A DNA stretch of 64,000 nucleotides, taken from Acanthaster planci (taxonomy: Eukaryota). The position numbers and the translations under genes were made by a program. Positions 1 through 13,592 of this stretch are shown one piece after another. Each line of letters begins with the position of its first letter. Position 1 is the stretch's first letter. Below the pieces are notes generated by a model. It was not told the DNA's origin. It made no database searches and worked only from the letters and a program-made list of their open reading frames with translations. The stretch spans positions 62,001 through 126,000 of the forward strand of contig NW_019091356.1 of NCBI RefSeq assembly GCF_001949145.1, in the 5' to 3' direction.

Positions 1-359
1 AAGTCAAGACACGGGTCACTCTTTTTTAAATAGCACAACAGGGTGACGAAGATTGGTGTCGATGTTGTAAATTATATCGAAAACTAAAATAAAAGTAATG
101 CCTAACACCAGGAAAACGAGTTTAAGTCACGTCATCGCTTAATATGATGCAAACATTCGCATTAATTATTGGGGACAAAGGCTACCACTCTGTGGCTCTC
201 CAAGCACTGACGTACTTGTACTTGTTGGACCAATGTTCAACCACCCGAACATCATAACTATATTTCAAGCCCTTCAGTCATTGGTAGACTTAAGACCTCA
301 ATTTTATGCTCCACGGGTATTGTAACGACTAATCTGTCTCACTTTAATGGCAAATAAGT

Positions 360-615
360 GAATGTAGCAGTAAATGCTGAATCCAGACATTCGACGATTC
401 ATGCTGTAGATACTGAATATTCAAACATTAAGCGATTGATGCTGTAGGCCTGAATGCTAAATATTCAAACATTGGGCGATTAATGCCGTAAATGCTAAAT
501 TTGAAAATGAGGTGATTGTTGCTATTAATGTCAAATTCTAAGCTGAACTGTTGCTACAAATGCTACATTCTACCTTGACGGATTGATACTGTGGATACTA
601 AAACTAAACTGAGGT
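360..615. repeat. Degenerate tandem repeat, ~36-38 bp unit, ~6-7 copies
   Basis: Recurring pattern like GATTxATGCxGTAxATxCTxAA, e.g. gattcatgctgtagatactgaa, gattgatgctgtaggcctgaa, gattaatgccgtaaatgctaaa, gattgatactgtggatactaaa. Confidence 0.55.
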
Positions 616-2268
616 AACCATTACTTAACGTTGCTCACACCTGTCTTTACTTTGGGAAAAATTCGTCCCAAAAACGTGCAATAAATTTGTCCAAATTAAG
701 CAAATGATAAGATCATTTTCATATTAATTGTTGATTGAATCAGCATTCCCTATTTTCAAACTTTTCACGGGGAAGATTTAGATATTGTTCCTTTAGCCTG
801 CATGTTACAGTAAAAGGGGCGAGCTAGCCTCAATGTGTACATGCTACAACTTCAACTGTAGTTGTTCCAGTCACCGATGATACAGAGAAAGCAAATCTAG
901 TCTGACGCGACATAGTTGGTAACATGAAATGATCAAAGGAAAATTCATCGTTCGTTTAATTCAGAACTCCTGTTCAGAATTAAATGAACCCACCTTATTA
1001 AACAATGAGTTCACAAACCCTCTATTATGTGAACCATTTTTATTCCAATCCCTGCATTAATTTGAGAGATAATCTTTACAGGTCGCATCATCTAGGATAA
1101 GACGTTGGCCTTGCAACTGATGAAAGTTTGGCGAATGCAACAACCGTTTATCGTCCCTGGAGGATTAGAGACTTTAAATGAATAATTTCCACATCCACAT
1201 CCTTTTCATTTCTTTGAGCAAGATTGCGAGTAATTTTCAATTTGGGTTGTTCTCTCACTGAACGGCAAGACGATACCTCTAAAAATATCGAGCTGGCGAA
1301 GGAAGATCGACCTCAAGTGTGGACAGAGTTGGCTCCGTTATCTGGTAACTTCTTCCTCTACAGCTAGCTGCACTATTGGGAGGTTGCAACTGGGGGTACA
1401 ACTTTATGAACTTGATGTTCATGTCACAAGAGGTGCACTTTTTAGTGCTTAAATGCTACGTGGACTGGAAGTGAGTGATAGTGACAAGTCCTGAGGTCTC
1501 CAGGGCTTAGACACCAAGTTAAAGGGACGGGGCTTAGTTTTTGAAAATATCTCTGGAACTTTTCATTAGGATGTGAATAATATTAACACAATTCCCAATA
1601 ACGCCTGAGTACAAGTCGTTGTCTGCTATACACTTTGAGGTTATTTTAAGTACAGCTCTCTTAAATACGTACCGTAGTCTAACGCTGTGTTAAGTAAACA
1701 GTTGGGGAATCATGTGCTTGACGTTTTAAAGACTACACGACGTCCTTTCCACTGAAACATTTATTCCGTGCGGATTACCCCGATGAAAAACTGGATTCGT
1801 AAAAGGCTAGGTTAAAATTGGATACATGGGGAAAACAAAATAGACAAAGGAATTACGGTACTTCAAAATCATTTCTTTTCACTTTGATTTGAACCAGTTT
1901 AGAAAGATTCACAATGCGAAAGATACGGTTGCCTATGTTGGAAACTAAAAAATATGGTAGCGTTATGCCATTGTTACCATCAAAGGGCGGACTTCATTCT
2001 GGTGGTTGTTAATGAGCTAAAACTTTCTAATGTAAATTTATCAGACTTCTCAGTTTCCTGACCCTTTAAGTACATAAGCAATTATACCACGAAAATGACT
2101 GCAATAGGGCTAATGCTGACATCCCGTGATTGCTTACCAAGTACAATGCATCGCCACACGAACCATTAGAGACACCTTAATCTTACTACGGCATGAACAC
2201 ATTCCGTTGCTACAAAATACAAGACTTGTTTCCGCTCAGCTAAAAGTGTAACCAACCTTTATATATAG

Positions 2269-2565
2269 CGCCAGATACCACACAACGACACTTGGCACAA
2301 TCCTTCAAAATTGAGACTTTCGCCTGAGACAAAGGAAGTCGAGATAAGCAAGATCGATGATGTTTTCACGCCCGAAGAGCTCATTTCTTTTCCATGTGCG
2401 GAAGTTACCAATTGGAATAGCGAGGCGAATCCTTCCTTTCTTGTCAACGCCTCAGGGCGCCCCCGTGGTCCAGAAATTGCAGTGCGACGACCCCCTGGCC
2501 CAGTTATAGACACAGCTTCCACCTACCCCCTTCAAAGACATTCAGGAAATGGAAGAAATTATTAG
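2269..2565 (+). CDS. Possible terminal coding exon of an unidentified gene starting upstream
   Basis: AG acceptor at 2267-2268, then an open frame RQIPHNDTWHNPSKLRLSPETKEVEISKIDDVFTPEELISF...GRNY* that is GC-richer than its flanks. No family recognised and no partner exon confirmed. Confidence 0.25.
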   Translation, partial: RQIPHNDTWHNPSKLRLSPETKEVEISKIDDVFTPEELISFPCAEVTNWNSEANPSFLVNASGRPRGPEIAVRRPPGPVIDTASTYPLQRHSGNGRNY

Positions 2566-5500
2566 ACTGTATGGTTTCGGCGAAATATGTCACCCTTGAT
2601 AAAAAGTATACTATGATTATTTCCGTAAAGTTCCGTACGAATTATGAGAGTGGGATAAAGGCCGTCCATCACAGTGTACAAAGATGCAGGGAAACTCCAT
2701 TACACAGAAAAGTAAAAGTGACTCTTTTTTTGTTTTATTTTTGTTTCTGCCGGGGGGCTTAAGTCGCATCTTTTATCGCTGATTTGCAGATTATTCATTA
2801 AAAGGGCTTCGACCCATTGGACAGACATATTTATCAAATATATCTCTGTAACTACATCGCATTATGCAAAAAGTAAAAGATCATGCATTCTTTTCACTGA
2901 ATTTAGTGTACTTTACATAGAAAAACGAATTGGTTTAGATGAATCAAGGCATATATAGTATGATTTGGTGGATGTACTGAGCCACCTCTAACACAAACTG
3001 GTCATTAACTGTTAGTCCAAAAGATCAGTTCAAGTTTCTTTTGCCGTCACATTCATCTTCAGGCGGGGAAACATAAATTTTTCTGTGAAACAGCAGAGAA
3101 TGGCCAATATAAGGATAAAGGGAGCAGTGAGACATTTCTTGTAATGAAAGATTCTCAAGAAGAGTACAAAAGCTTGAAAGCCTGAAGAAGTCTCCTGATG
3201 GCACTTGAGAGAGATTAAAAAGTTTAAGAAGTAGGATGTAAATCCACAAACAAAATCAAGTAGCACTAACGAAACCCCAAACTACAATCAAATTCATGTT
3301 GCATATGGGCTTTAATCAGATCTCACAGGTTGGTAACAGTTCACTGTAACAATATGTGTGTTGAAAACTCGAAAATATACAGTCAGATATTTGTTACAAA
3401 GATGGTGACTTGGTCAACCGAAACCCTAACTTATTCTTGGAGAACAGAGAGTCGCAGAGAAATCTAGAATCTCGTCAAGTCTAAACCCTACACATATAGG
3501 CCTACAGGAAAAGGGAAGGGGGGTATTATGGGGGCAAATGGCTAACCAAGAGGTGCACTGAACTTGGATGATGTAACGAATAGGAACTCAGTAAACCTCA
3601 GTTTCTAAACCTAACACCAATTAGGATACCAATCAGCTACGTCATGACATCTCTGATTAAGAGGTAAAACTAAGCTCTGAGAAACTACAGAACATGGAGG
3701 TTTATTTTTAAAAAGGAATATCCTTTAAGGATAGATTCTAGGAAAGAAGTGCGATTTAATGGAGTTATCCTCGAGAGGTCCAGATTACAAAGCTCTTATA
3801 AGATCTTCTTTTAAGAAATGTTCTGTCCTTTATTGATGAAAACATTTATTCAACCTGACCGCAGATTTCACACGACTGGGATTTAATAGACAGATAGCAC
3901 TAGCAGTTCTTTTCCAAACTTAGCTGACCCGTCAAAATGTGGCATGAAACTGTGACAACTCCCTCCATACACAGCAAATTTGTTCGGGTGCTTGTGATAT
4001 CATAATGCTTGACAGATCACTGCTGTCGGCGACTCGATCGACTCACAACCACCCTTCAACTTACGACTATTTGAAGCACGTAATCCAGGTCCTCTCAAGA
4101 CAGTGTTAGCATCTTACATGTAGTTTTCAACCTTAAAAAACGAGCACACAAAATGTTATGGGTACAGCCAATCATGTTTTTCTTGACAGTGGAATTGGAG
4201 ACTTTTGATGTGTGTCTACTAATTTCAGTAATTCTGAGAAGATGCAAGCGGAACGAACTAAATATTAATTATACTAGTATTTTCAGTATCCCATTCAAAA
4301 AAACTAATCTGAAACTATCAGTAATTGTGACTGACTTTACTTTATTGTAACGCAAACCCAGAGTGGCTTTGAATCCGCCAAACCAGTTTTCCATGCTACT
4401 TCCAAACACCACAACAACTCAATTACAGACCTGAGATGGATTTAGCCGACCGCTTGCAACACCGAATCGCTCAACCAGGCGGTAATCCAAAGTGCTATTT
4501 CATTACCCTTCTTTCAGCGATTTTCAAAAATAGACTTGGCCGTATGCTGGGGGAATGGCAATTGAATTCGTCATATTCCAGAGATCAACCGCACAAGGTG
4601 AAAGATTTGAACTTATTAATAAGTTCAAATGGAGGACCTAAATCAGACTACCACCTTCAATGAAAACGATATTGCAATAGCATGTGTTTCATACATTTAA
4701 AGGTGCTCCGTAGGACCAAGCTGTAGGGGCATTTAATATAGGCTGTGAATATCACAGGAAAATTTTAAGTTTCTAAACTGAATGCTTATATGCATCAGTG
4801 TCCCCGAAGCCAAAATTTGCATCGGATGTTACTGGGCAGTTACGGCAGTATGGCTACGATATAACTAACATTCTTTCCGCTTCTGAAGGAGGTCCTCGTG
4901 CTTAATTGACATCCTGATGGAAAAGAAAAACAATCGAACCACACGCATACCAAGAAGTTTATTTTCACCTCGTTGGCAGTCATATTACAGTTAATTAGAC
5001 AATGATTTACGATGTCCCACTTCAAGGGAAGAAAAATCACTTTTACCGCTAACCAGATCTGTGTTGATTAAAGTGATGATTTACAGCCCCATCAAAAATG
5101 TTGCTCATTATACAGCTATCCCCGGAGACAACTAGCCCAATCTGTTGTTGAATTTTGAAGCATGATGGATGAAACAATTTTTCTTCCACGTCATCTACTT
5201 GCGATGGCTGAGAGCGATGAGTAGAAAAACACATGTTAATACCCAGGAATCACAGAATCTATATCACTCATATCGTGAGTGGAAATGTAATTTTGCAATA
5301 AAATAAACTTTAAAAAAAAATATTGTCTTTGTCGGTCCCGACGAAGCTTTAACCGTATTTATGGAGCGTGATTTCCAACACATGCAGGTTTAGAAGTAGG
5401 CCTAGATATCATTCCCTTTTAAAAACTTTTATAAAGTAAATCAAAATAAAATGAAGGCCCTTCACCCTTGTTTAACTGCGTCTTGATAGTCGCCAATTAC

Positions 5501-8500
5501 ATCTCAGCATAATGCAATTATATTAGAAACATAGTAAGGAATATACGAGTTATATGGCTCGCAGAATGTAATCTTAACAAACTGAAAGCACATCTGGGAT
5601 GGGTCTAAGGCTGAGACGGCCAGCAGTCTGCCAAGCCAAACCTGGGACTAAACTCATTTGTCACGGCTGGCTGGCTCCCCTAGGCAAGTGATCACAGACC
5701 GTTGAATCGGAACGAGAACTATCCTAGGTCGGCTCCCCTCCCCAACCGACTCCGCAATCCAACTGAAGGCTAGAGTCATTTCGGCGACACGGTTCCGACG
5801 AACGGCTCGCTGTAGCCCCGTGGTTTGTTATTATAGGCTGTTAGCTCGTGTAAAGGTACGCTGGCATCCGTAAAAAGGACTCGAGATGGAATCATCGTAG
5901 AACCCCGACTGTACTTGGGGGAATTTAACCTGATAGTCTGCTTGCCAACCATTTATGAAAAATTCAGATTGAAGGGTCATTGCTTAATCCTCCAGCTAGC
6001 CTCACTAATGAGAAATATGACAAGCAGGGGACACTGGGGTGATGCAAGAGGCTGAAATGATTAATCTAAAGAGTACTAACTACTTTCTCTAAATATGCAA
6101 TTTCTAGGGCCGTTGGTCTATGAACAAATGTCAAAAGTGTGAGATGACGGGGAACGGGACAAAAACAGGCTATTAGATCTCCAACGTGCAATAGTTTTCA
6201 ATTTGTACTTGTGAACAAGATCGTGGCATTATTTGTGTTTACTTAACCAACAGCACCCTATTGTGGCTTTCTAAATGAGCCGGTACCGGTATATGAAAAT
6301 TATATGTGACCTACATGATTGAGAAATATTTTCGATCCGTAGCATTCTTTTGCAGTTGGCAAGAGATAAAATGAGAGGTTTTCAACAGAAAACAGGTATC
6401 CCAGAATCCTCGTAGGTGAAAGTTTGCCCACCTACCTTGCTTAAAAGTTGAAGGCAAAAGGTCAGGTGCTTCATCGCACACAGAGTGATAAAAAGTGAAA
6501 TAACTGGCTGTCAATACACGCATATGGCTTTCTGATAACTTATTTATGCCAACAATGTTGTTGTTAATAACCACAGTCGGTACTTCGCTCTCGTACAAAG
6601 ACCCACAGAAACCCATCTGGGCCTACTAATATCTCCCACCTGAACTACGTCTTTAGTCCACCGCGGATTGTGGAGGTGTTTCTCAACAATGCCCAGGGTA
6701 CACCTGTTAGACGCGTCTAGACCACGCGAAGTAACTTCCCCCACGGGGAAAGGTCAAGCCTAGCGTAAGAAGCATATTAAAGGAGGGCTTTACAATGACA
6801 CGATGTGCCAACACTTTTGAGTAGTGAACTGCTCTGAGGAGATGAGAGCTGTTTCTGATGTTCGTCATACCTGAAAATAGACTGCTAGGAATTACTTACA
6901 GACTGGAACATCTTGCATTGCATGAAATGAAGAATATTGAAAAAATCTGGTGCACTCTCGATCCGGGCAGGAACTTTCTAATTAAAGATTTTTTTTTTTA
7001 AATTGAACATGGTTTGTTTAAACGATTATTACTTCTACATAAAATAAGATCGTGAAGATAATGAGTTTACACTACGTGAATTACATAGCTATGCATAACC
7101 AATTATTTCAAGGTAAGTTGGAACGACATCGCTGTACTTAAAAACTTACTCGTGATTTTTCCTGGATTGGCTTACGTGATACTATTGTACAGACATCTAC
7201 TGACTAGGGGGTTGGGTCGACAGATAATGGGGCCGGGGTCAGTCTTTACGGAAATTTATGTGACATTTGTCATATTTTTATAGCCCACTTATGTTCAAAC
7301 CTCACAGTCACGACAACAACCATTATGAATATAAAACGTGACAGGCGGCACCTCGGCAGTTTTTACTTTTCCATATAAATGAAGCTGAAGCAATAGTTGT
7401 TTTAAAATAGATGAATACAAACTTATATAAAAATTGTTTGCAATCGGTGTCTTTAAGAAAAAAAAATATATGTCTATGCACTAAGGATCACGAACTTTAA
7501 GTGTCTAAACTACTTAACCAACTTGTTTGCCCGAAGTTATAAAATATCTTGAACAGTGAGGTACTTAAATGGTATATCCGTGAAGAACTTGGTACCTATT
7601 ATATGAATGAATTCAGGAGGATTTCCATGTTTCAAACTTGTGACAGTAATAACATCGGGTATACCTAAGCCTACATAATTATGGTTTCACGTGTATACCG
7701 CAGGAGCCGCGGAAAAATTATAATACAGCTAAAAAGTTGACACTTTGTTATTGAGGTCCCTTCCTTCCTCCATGTTGAGGCCGAGTACAATGACTTTGGT
7801 TATGGTTAGAAGGAATCCGCTCACCCACGACGGCTTCCATTTAGCGGCTTCATGCACTTAAGCCTATGTTAGTTAAGTTTCAGAAATTGCCAGGTAATTC
7901 GGACAGTCACACTCACCAAACGCTGCACAGAACTCGCGCAACTCAAAGCCTAGCAATTTGCAGGAGTGCTACGGCATGACTAACTTGGATTCGTCAGTGA
8001 TTTTGCCCCAAATCTCTAGACGCTAATAATTAATATAACTCCCACTGGTCTCGTAAGCTTGCCCCGTCAAAAGGTTGACAGTGTTCATGAATAAATGACC
8101 CCACAATGTAAATATGCATCACAATAAATCTTGTATCCTCAACCCTCTCCATCCTACTCTGTTGTGAACAGTATATGATACATAGCAACAGCTGCCTTTC
8201 TGGACTGGTCTTTTTAATACGAGAAAAAATATTACCCTATTATAATGGGCGTTGAGTGTGTTCAAATACAATACACTGTCACATTAAATAACACAACCGA
8301 CCTTGCTGAAACGCGCAATATCGCAGCGACGTCATTAACACCATAGACAGGTATATAACATCCTTTAACTAAATCCATAGATTCACTCCTCATTAAAAAT
8401 GCAAAACTAAAATTGCAAAATAAAGAACACGATTACTGAAAATAAGGCTGGACACTTTGATCGGGACAGTAGACGATATCCCATTTGGCAACGAGAAATA

Positions 8501-9866
8501 GCACACAGGCAACAACTGTGAATGCTTCAATCCATTACATTTGACAGTGCAGACTTCACTTGTATTCCCATTTCAAATGACCATCAAATGACCATTCAAA
8601 TGACCATCCTACTTAATGGAGATATGTAGACCTTGATATTTTCAAACTGTACACTCTGGGACGTATTTTGGTCTGTGCGGAAGCTGCATATCAAACATGC
8701 TTGGAGAAGGCCTAAGCTCAAAAGTGCAGAAAAATAGCAAAGATATCCCCCCAAGAAAAAAAACACACACAAAACAAAACCACTGCTACACCTCCACAGT
8801 GTGACTCCACTGTAATGTGATTTCAAACGAGGAATGCAATTTCAGACCGAGAGATATTTTCTTCAGCTTTCCCCTGTGATACTTGCATGTTGGTCTACTT
8901 TGACACAAAAAGTGAAACTGACACCATTGAGTACTGGCATGCCGCCTGAAGTCTGATCAGACAGCGCCCCCCACTGAGTGTGTAGAAACAACATAATTAG
9001 CTAAATTTTGGCGGCGTTCTTTTTGTAAAAGAGCCGCTCCGTTAAATTAGTTTCACCGGAGATCTTTGAGTGGTGCAAGGGTTTTATCCGAGTTAGGTTC
9101 GCGGATAAAATTGAGTTAACACGGTCGGACCCATTGGCCGTCACCTGCCTAGTTTTGATGGGGACGTTATTCGGGAGCAGATTAAATATGACGGCTGTAG
9201 TTACCATCGTGCTGTGACTGATACACGAATGAGTGCTATGATCAAAGTAGTTAAGAACGCTTTAATATTTGCTTGCCCAGGCTGTTACAACAAATGGGCT
9301 GAGTAAATGTGGTGAACAGGGACAAATTCCCTTGCCTCTTGAAAGTAGATTAGAATGCAAAACATTGAAACAAGCATCTCCCTTCGATAACTCCTTTCAA
9401 ATTTTCCTGAACCACACATTTACACCTGTATTTTACATGATCCAACATAAAAATATTCTCAACTGTCGGTCAAGGTCATCTTGTACCCCATTCTCGGACG
9501 GAGAGCGGAATGACAAAGAAATCGTAAAAGAAAATGGCACCAATGATTTTAGTACAGTTGCTCGCTGACAATAAAGCAGCAAGCACCCAACCACATTGTC
9601 ACAACAGGACTTTAACGTATGTATAACGCATGGCACCTTATTGAACTTAGCACTTTACACATAAGGCAATGAAATCCAACAGCAATCATGCAACCTATCA
9701 CCTCTGATTGAATTACATGTGTTTAATAACCTCAAGCACAATCAATGTGATGTGCGCGTGATTTAGACTGCGGTACTGGAATGTACGTTCCATAAATGTA
9801 TTACTGATGGGCCACTGTACCAAACAATTTGTACTACCGCCTATATGACATTTCTTCAGTTATTAA

Positions 9867-11247
9867 AGGTGGTATTTGGCTACACCATTGTTTAATCTTA
9901 AAAACGGGACTGCCAAAGTATCTTCAAAACAACAAAGCAGCCATACAGAGATTTGGATTGGTTTGTAATTTTTATGATGAAAGAGTTCACCACATGCGAA
10001 AACATCATTTCAGTATAACCCCCTACGATGGTGGTATGATCCGAAGGGCGACCAGCAATGTGCAACATGGTCGCCCCTTTTCGGGCTCAGTGGCGAAGCC
10101 TGTGGTTTTTTTTTAACAAAACCCGCCATTTCTAGACACTTAAAGGCAAAGTATAGGATTCGAATGTACTGTAATTTGTCAAAATTGGCGGATTTGACGG
10201 TTTGTGACTTACTTTGTATATAATTTCACTTTTTTATAGTTCATTTTTTTTAATTCACTGCTTGGAGAAGAATCGAGAAAAACGCTGTTCATTTTTAACA
10301 CTCAAAGCCCAGCTCGTGTAATTTGTCTCACAAAAATCCATGGGCCACAGGACGTTGATCTGCAGACCAATTATGGCCCTCAAAATACATTTTTCCCCAT
10401 GGCTTCACATAGAAGTAGTGGTTGGCAAATTTACCTGCATGTCTGTGTGTCCTTTTCAACAACGCAACGCCGAGAATTTGTCAAATAAACGTTTCATCGT
10501 TCAGTGAATTGACTGCAGTCACCAAAGTCACTGCACGACCACAATGTACACTGTACAGGTACAGTACACATGCACGACCGACCAAGTACATGTATGTTTT
10601 CATGTCTTTCAAAAACCGTCAACACACCGTCAGTGCCCATCATAAGCACTTCATAAATAAACAATGTGGTAACTATCCTTGCAATTTGGTCATAAAAGTT
10701 GTTGTGATTGGAAAAGCAGAAAGCTAAATGTCTCGACATTTGAGATTTTGTTCGAGAACAACCGGCTTCGCTGTGGAGCTCCGAAGGACCGGTCATCATC
10801 GATTTGGACCATATCATTATCTTAAAGGGTGGGACCGCGATGATATATTAACGTGAGGTAAACTTCCAAAGTTTCATAACGAAACTTTAATTTCAAACAA
10901 GCCCAAATTCTCTTTTAATGTGTTTGATACGGTCACATATATATTTTATTTGTTAACAATGAGTTTAGGCGTGCCGAAAGCGCGTTGGCAGTCTGTATAT
11001 TACCCGTTAATATAGACTCTGCCAACAGCTCAATGCTTTTTGCGCCCGTTAATGGTTGCGGTATATTTGAACGAATTGTATTTTCCAAAGATCGTCCGTC
11101 CGGACAATCTTTTTCGACAATGACAGCATTCCTGGCGGCAAGATTTTACAGTGTGTGACACTATTACGTACTTACTTACACTGAGATATTTCAAGACAAT
11201 ATTCGACAGTCCCGTTTTTGAGGTCTTGCAAATCCTATAAACAGCCT
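9867..11247. mobile_element. Kolobok-like non-autonomous DNA transposon(s), probably nested or compound
   Basis: TTAA|AGG left ends at 9867 and 10144; CCT|TTAA right end at 11247. The reverse complement of the right end (ttaaaggctgtttataggatttg) matches the 10140 terminus (ttaaaggcaaagtataggattcg). The subterminal aaaaacgggactg at ~9900 is inverted at ~11207-11219. Confidence 0.45.
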
Positions 11248-13592
11248 TTAAAAACGAGGAGTGTTTTGACCAATTTTTCTAGAAGCAGTAAACTAAAAAA
11301 ATAACACGTCAATGGAATGATACACAAAGAAATTAAACTCGAAAGCAGCCAAGTTTGAAAAATTATAGCGAATGCAAATGGTTTATACATGTACCAACTG
11401 TAAAAGGAAAATGTCTATAACTATACGAGGATGAAAAGAACTGTTGTGTCGTAAGGAAACTGTTGTAAGAGCTTTGGCGTATACGCTCCGATCACTTTTT
11501 TGGGAGCCTGCGGCAGAGATGACCAAAGAAACGCACCACCAACATTCGGACGTGTCTCATTTCGAATTGAGTGCTGTCCACTAATTTCAGCCCCATTGAA
11601 AACAGTGTACGATCGAAATTCTTAGAAGGCTCAATAACGTGCAAGCCAACATCCCTGAGATTTCTTGAACAAAAATTGAATTATTGTTCGGTCCTAAATC
11701 TTTCTATTTCTTTTCAATTCTGAGGGGTTTACCCCTGGATTTTTAAATTTCGCACACAAAAACCCACCCCCTAAAAGGGATAGTTCAAGTCTGCGTTCAG
11801 CCATTTCTCAAGTGGCAAGCCCTCAACTTTCTCGGTCACTTACAATTTTCAACCGTATTTTTTCAGTCATTCTGCTAAAAAATGAAAGCCCAAACACCCA
11901 TGAAGTTGATCGTGGCAAGAATTTACACAATCTCACCATTTGGGGGGCCAAACAGTCTCCTTTTTCAAAAGATACTGTGGGGGGCACTTTTAATGCTAAT
12001 GAGCTGGCCAGAAATTCTCACTTGAATTATATGACTGCAAACCGAAGAGTGCTCGCATCAGCAGGGTTCAAGACTTGCTTTAACCTTTTCAACCGAAATG
12101 GAATAATTGCACTACAGGGGGCGCTATTTTCATTTGGGTACTTTTGTGAAAGCAGGTCGCCCTGTACTTAAACAGTGTGACAGTTTAATGATCGCAGAAT
12201 AACCTACAGGGAGGTCTTGGACTCAGTAGGCGCCTAAATTAAGTGTTGAATTTTGGCGCCCTGCTTCAACCAGGTGCCTGACCCAAACACCATGAAAATA
12301 TTTCCTTAGCGATAACCATGTACTCTTTCATTGAGCTCTAAAACTAATCGCGTAGAACCAGTGGATTTACTTGTGGACAACTACAGGGTGAAAATTAGGT
12401 CTTTGATGCTACTTTAATAAAATGTTTCTTTGAATAGATCATTTTTTTCATCTTTGTTTTGTGCAAGGGGTGTCAATGAAAAGGCTCCACCACAGTGAGT
12501 GAAAGCAATGTACGTATACGCGTTCAGGATTCTTTGCAGTCGGCGAAGGAAAGACAGCCATTGCTTTATGAAATGTCTCTTTCAAATGCTCAAATAATAC
12601 TTGTATACAATAAGACTTTAAAAGATTGCAAGTTATAACGGGTGACTTTTCTTTTCTCAAAATTTTGCACACCCCTGATCATCATTTAACCTTCAAACTG
12701 TTTCAAAATAACATTACCCAATGCATCACTGGATAAGGTTATTCAACATTGGATAAGGCTATTTAACACTGGGCCTTAACGTGACTTTATCCAACGGAAT
12801 GTATATAATGTGTTTAAACATATGAAAAATATCTGATTATATATTATGTAATTTATGTTACGTGAAGACGAAAGGCATGGGCAGTCAAGATTTGTAAGAC
12901 ACTGCGATGCAGACGCCTTTAAGCATTTGTTTATTCTGTAAAGAAGACCTTTTTAAGTTACCTCAAACGAGAAAATTCTACGCACTTGAGTCTAAAATTA
13001 AAATTGTATGGAAATAATTTCCAAAAGCCATGAAATGGGATACAACTACATGTATTACCTTGCAAATTAGGGAAAATACCATTATTTGACTTTAATCCTA
13101 ACGTGGATTTGGTCTGAGATAAGTACTATTATGGTCTTCTTAAGTGTCATTAAAACTTAGTTTTATTCCCTCGGATGAAACTTTAATACAGCTGTGATTG
13201 AATATACTTGATGTATTTCAAAAGTGTGTTAACATTGCAAATTTAAACAGACATTTGAAGAGAACCTGTCAGTTTCCTAAAATACTGCTTCGAACCTTTG
13301 CACTGTTTCAACAATGTTTTTATATTTAACATTATCATCCATACGTAAAATTTCTGTCCAAGTAAAATTTGGTTCTTGTTTATCAAGGGGCAGAAGTCCA
13401 TCTGATTTTCCAGTGTTATCTAGCTAAACAGTATGCAGTCCATTAAACAACATTACCATCGTACTGCTTGCATTATATCACGCTGAAAGACAAAATCAAA
13501 GGTTGCTCTTTCTGGAATATAAAGGAACAGAAGACCTCTGTAGGCCTACCTGGGAATCAATTATATTCGTACGTGCAAATTGAATTAACAGC

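Noticed and set aside
5600..6060. GC-richer segment with a repeated ggctcccct, considered as an HDV-like ribozyme or retroelement 5' UTR
   Set aside because: I could not build consistent P1/P2/P3 pairings by eye; an Infernal/Rfam search would be needed.
6311..6870. Minus-strand ORF fragments after an acceptor-like site near 6871
   Set aside because: All frames close within short distances and no protein family is recognisable.
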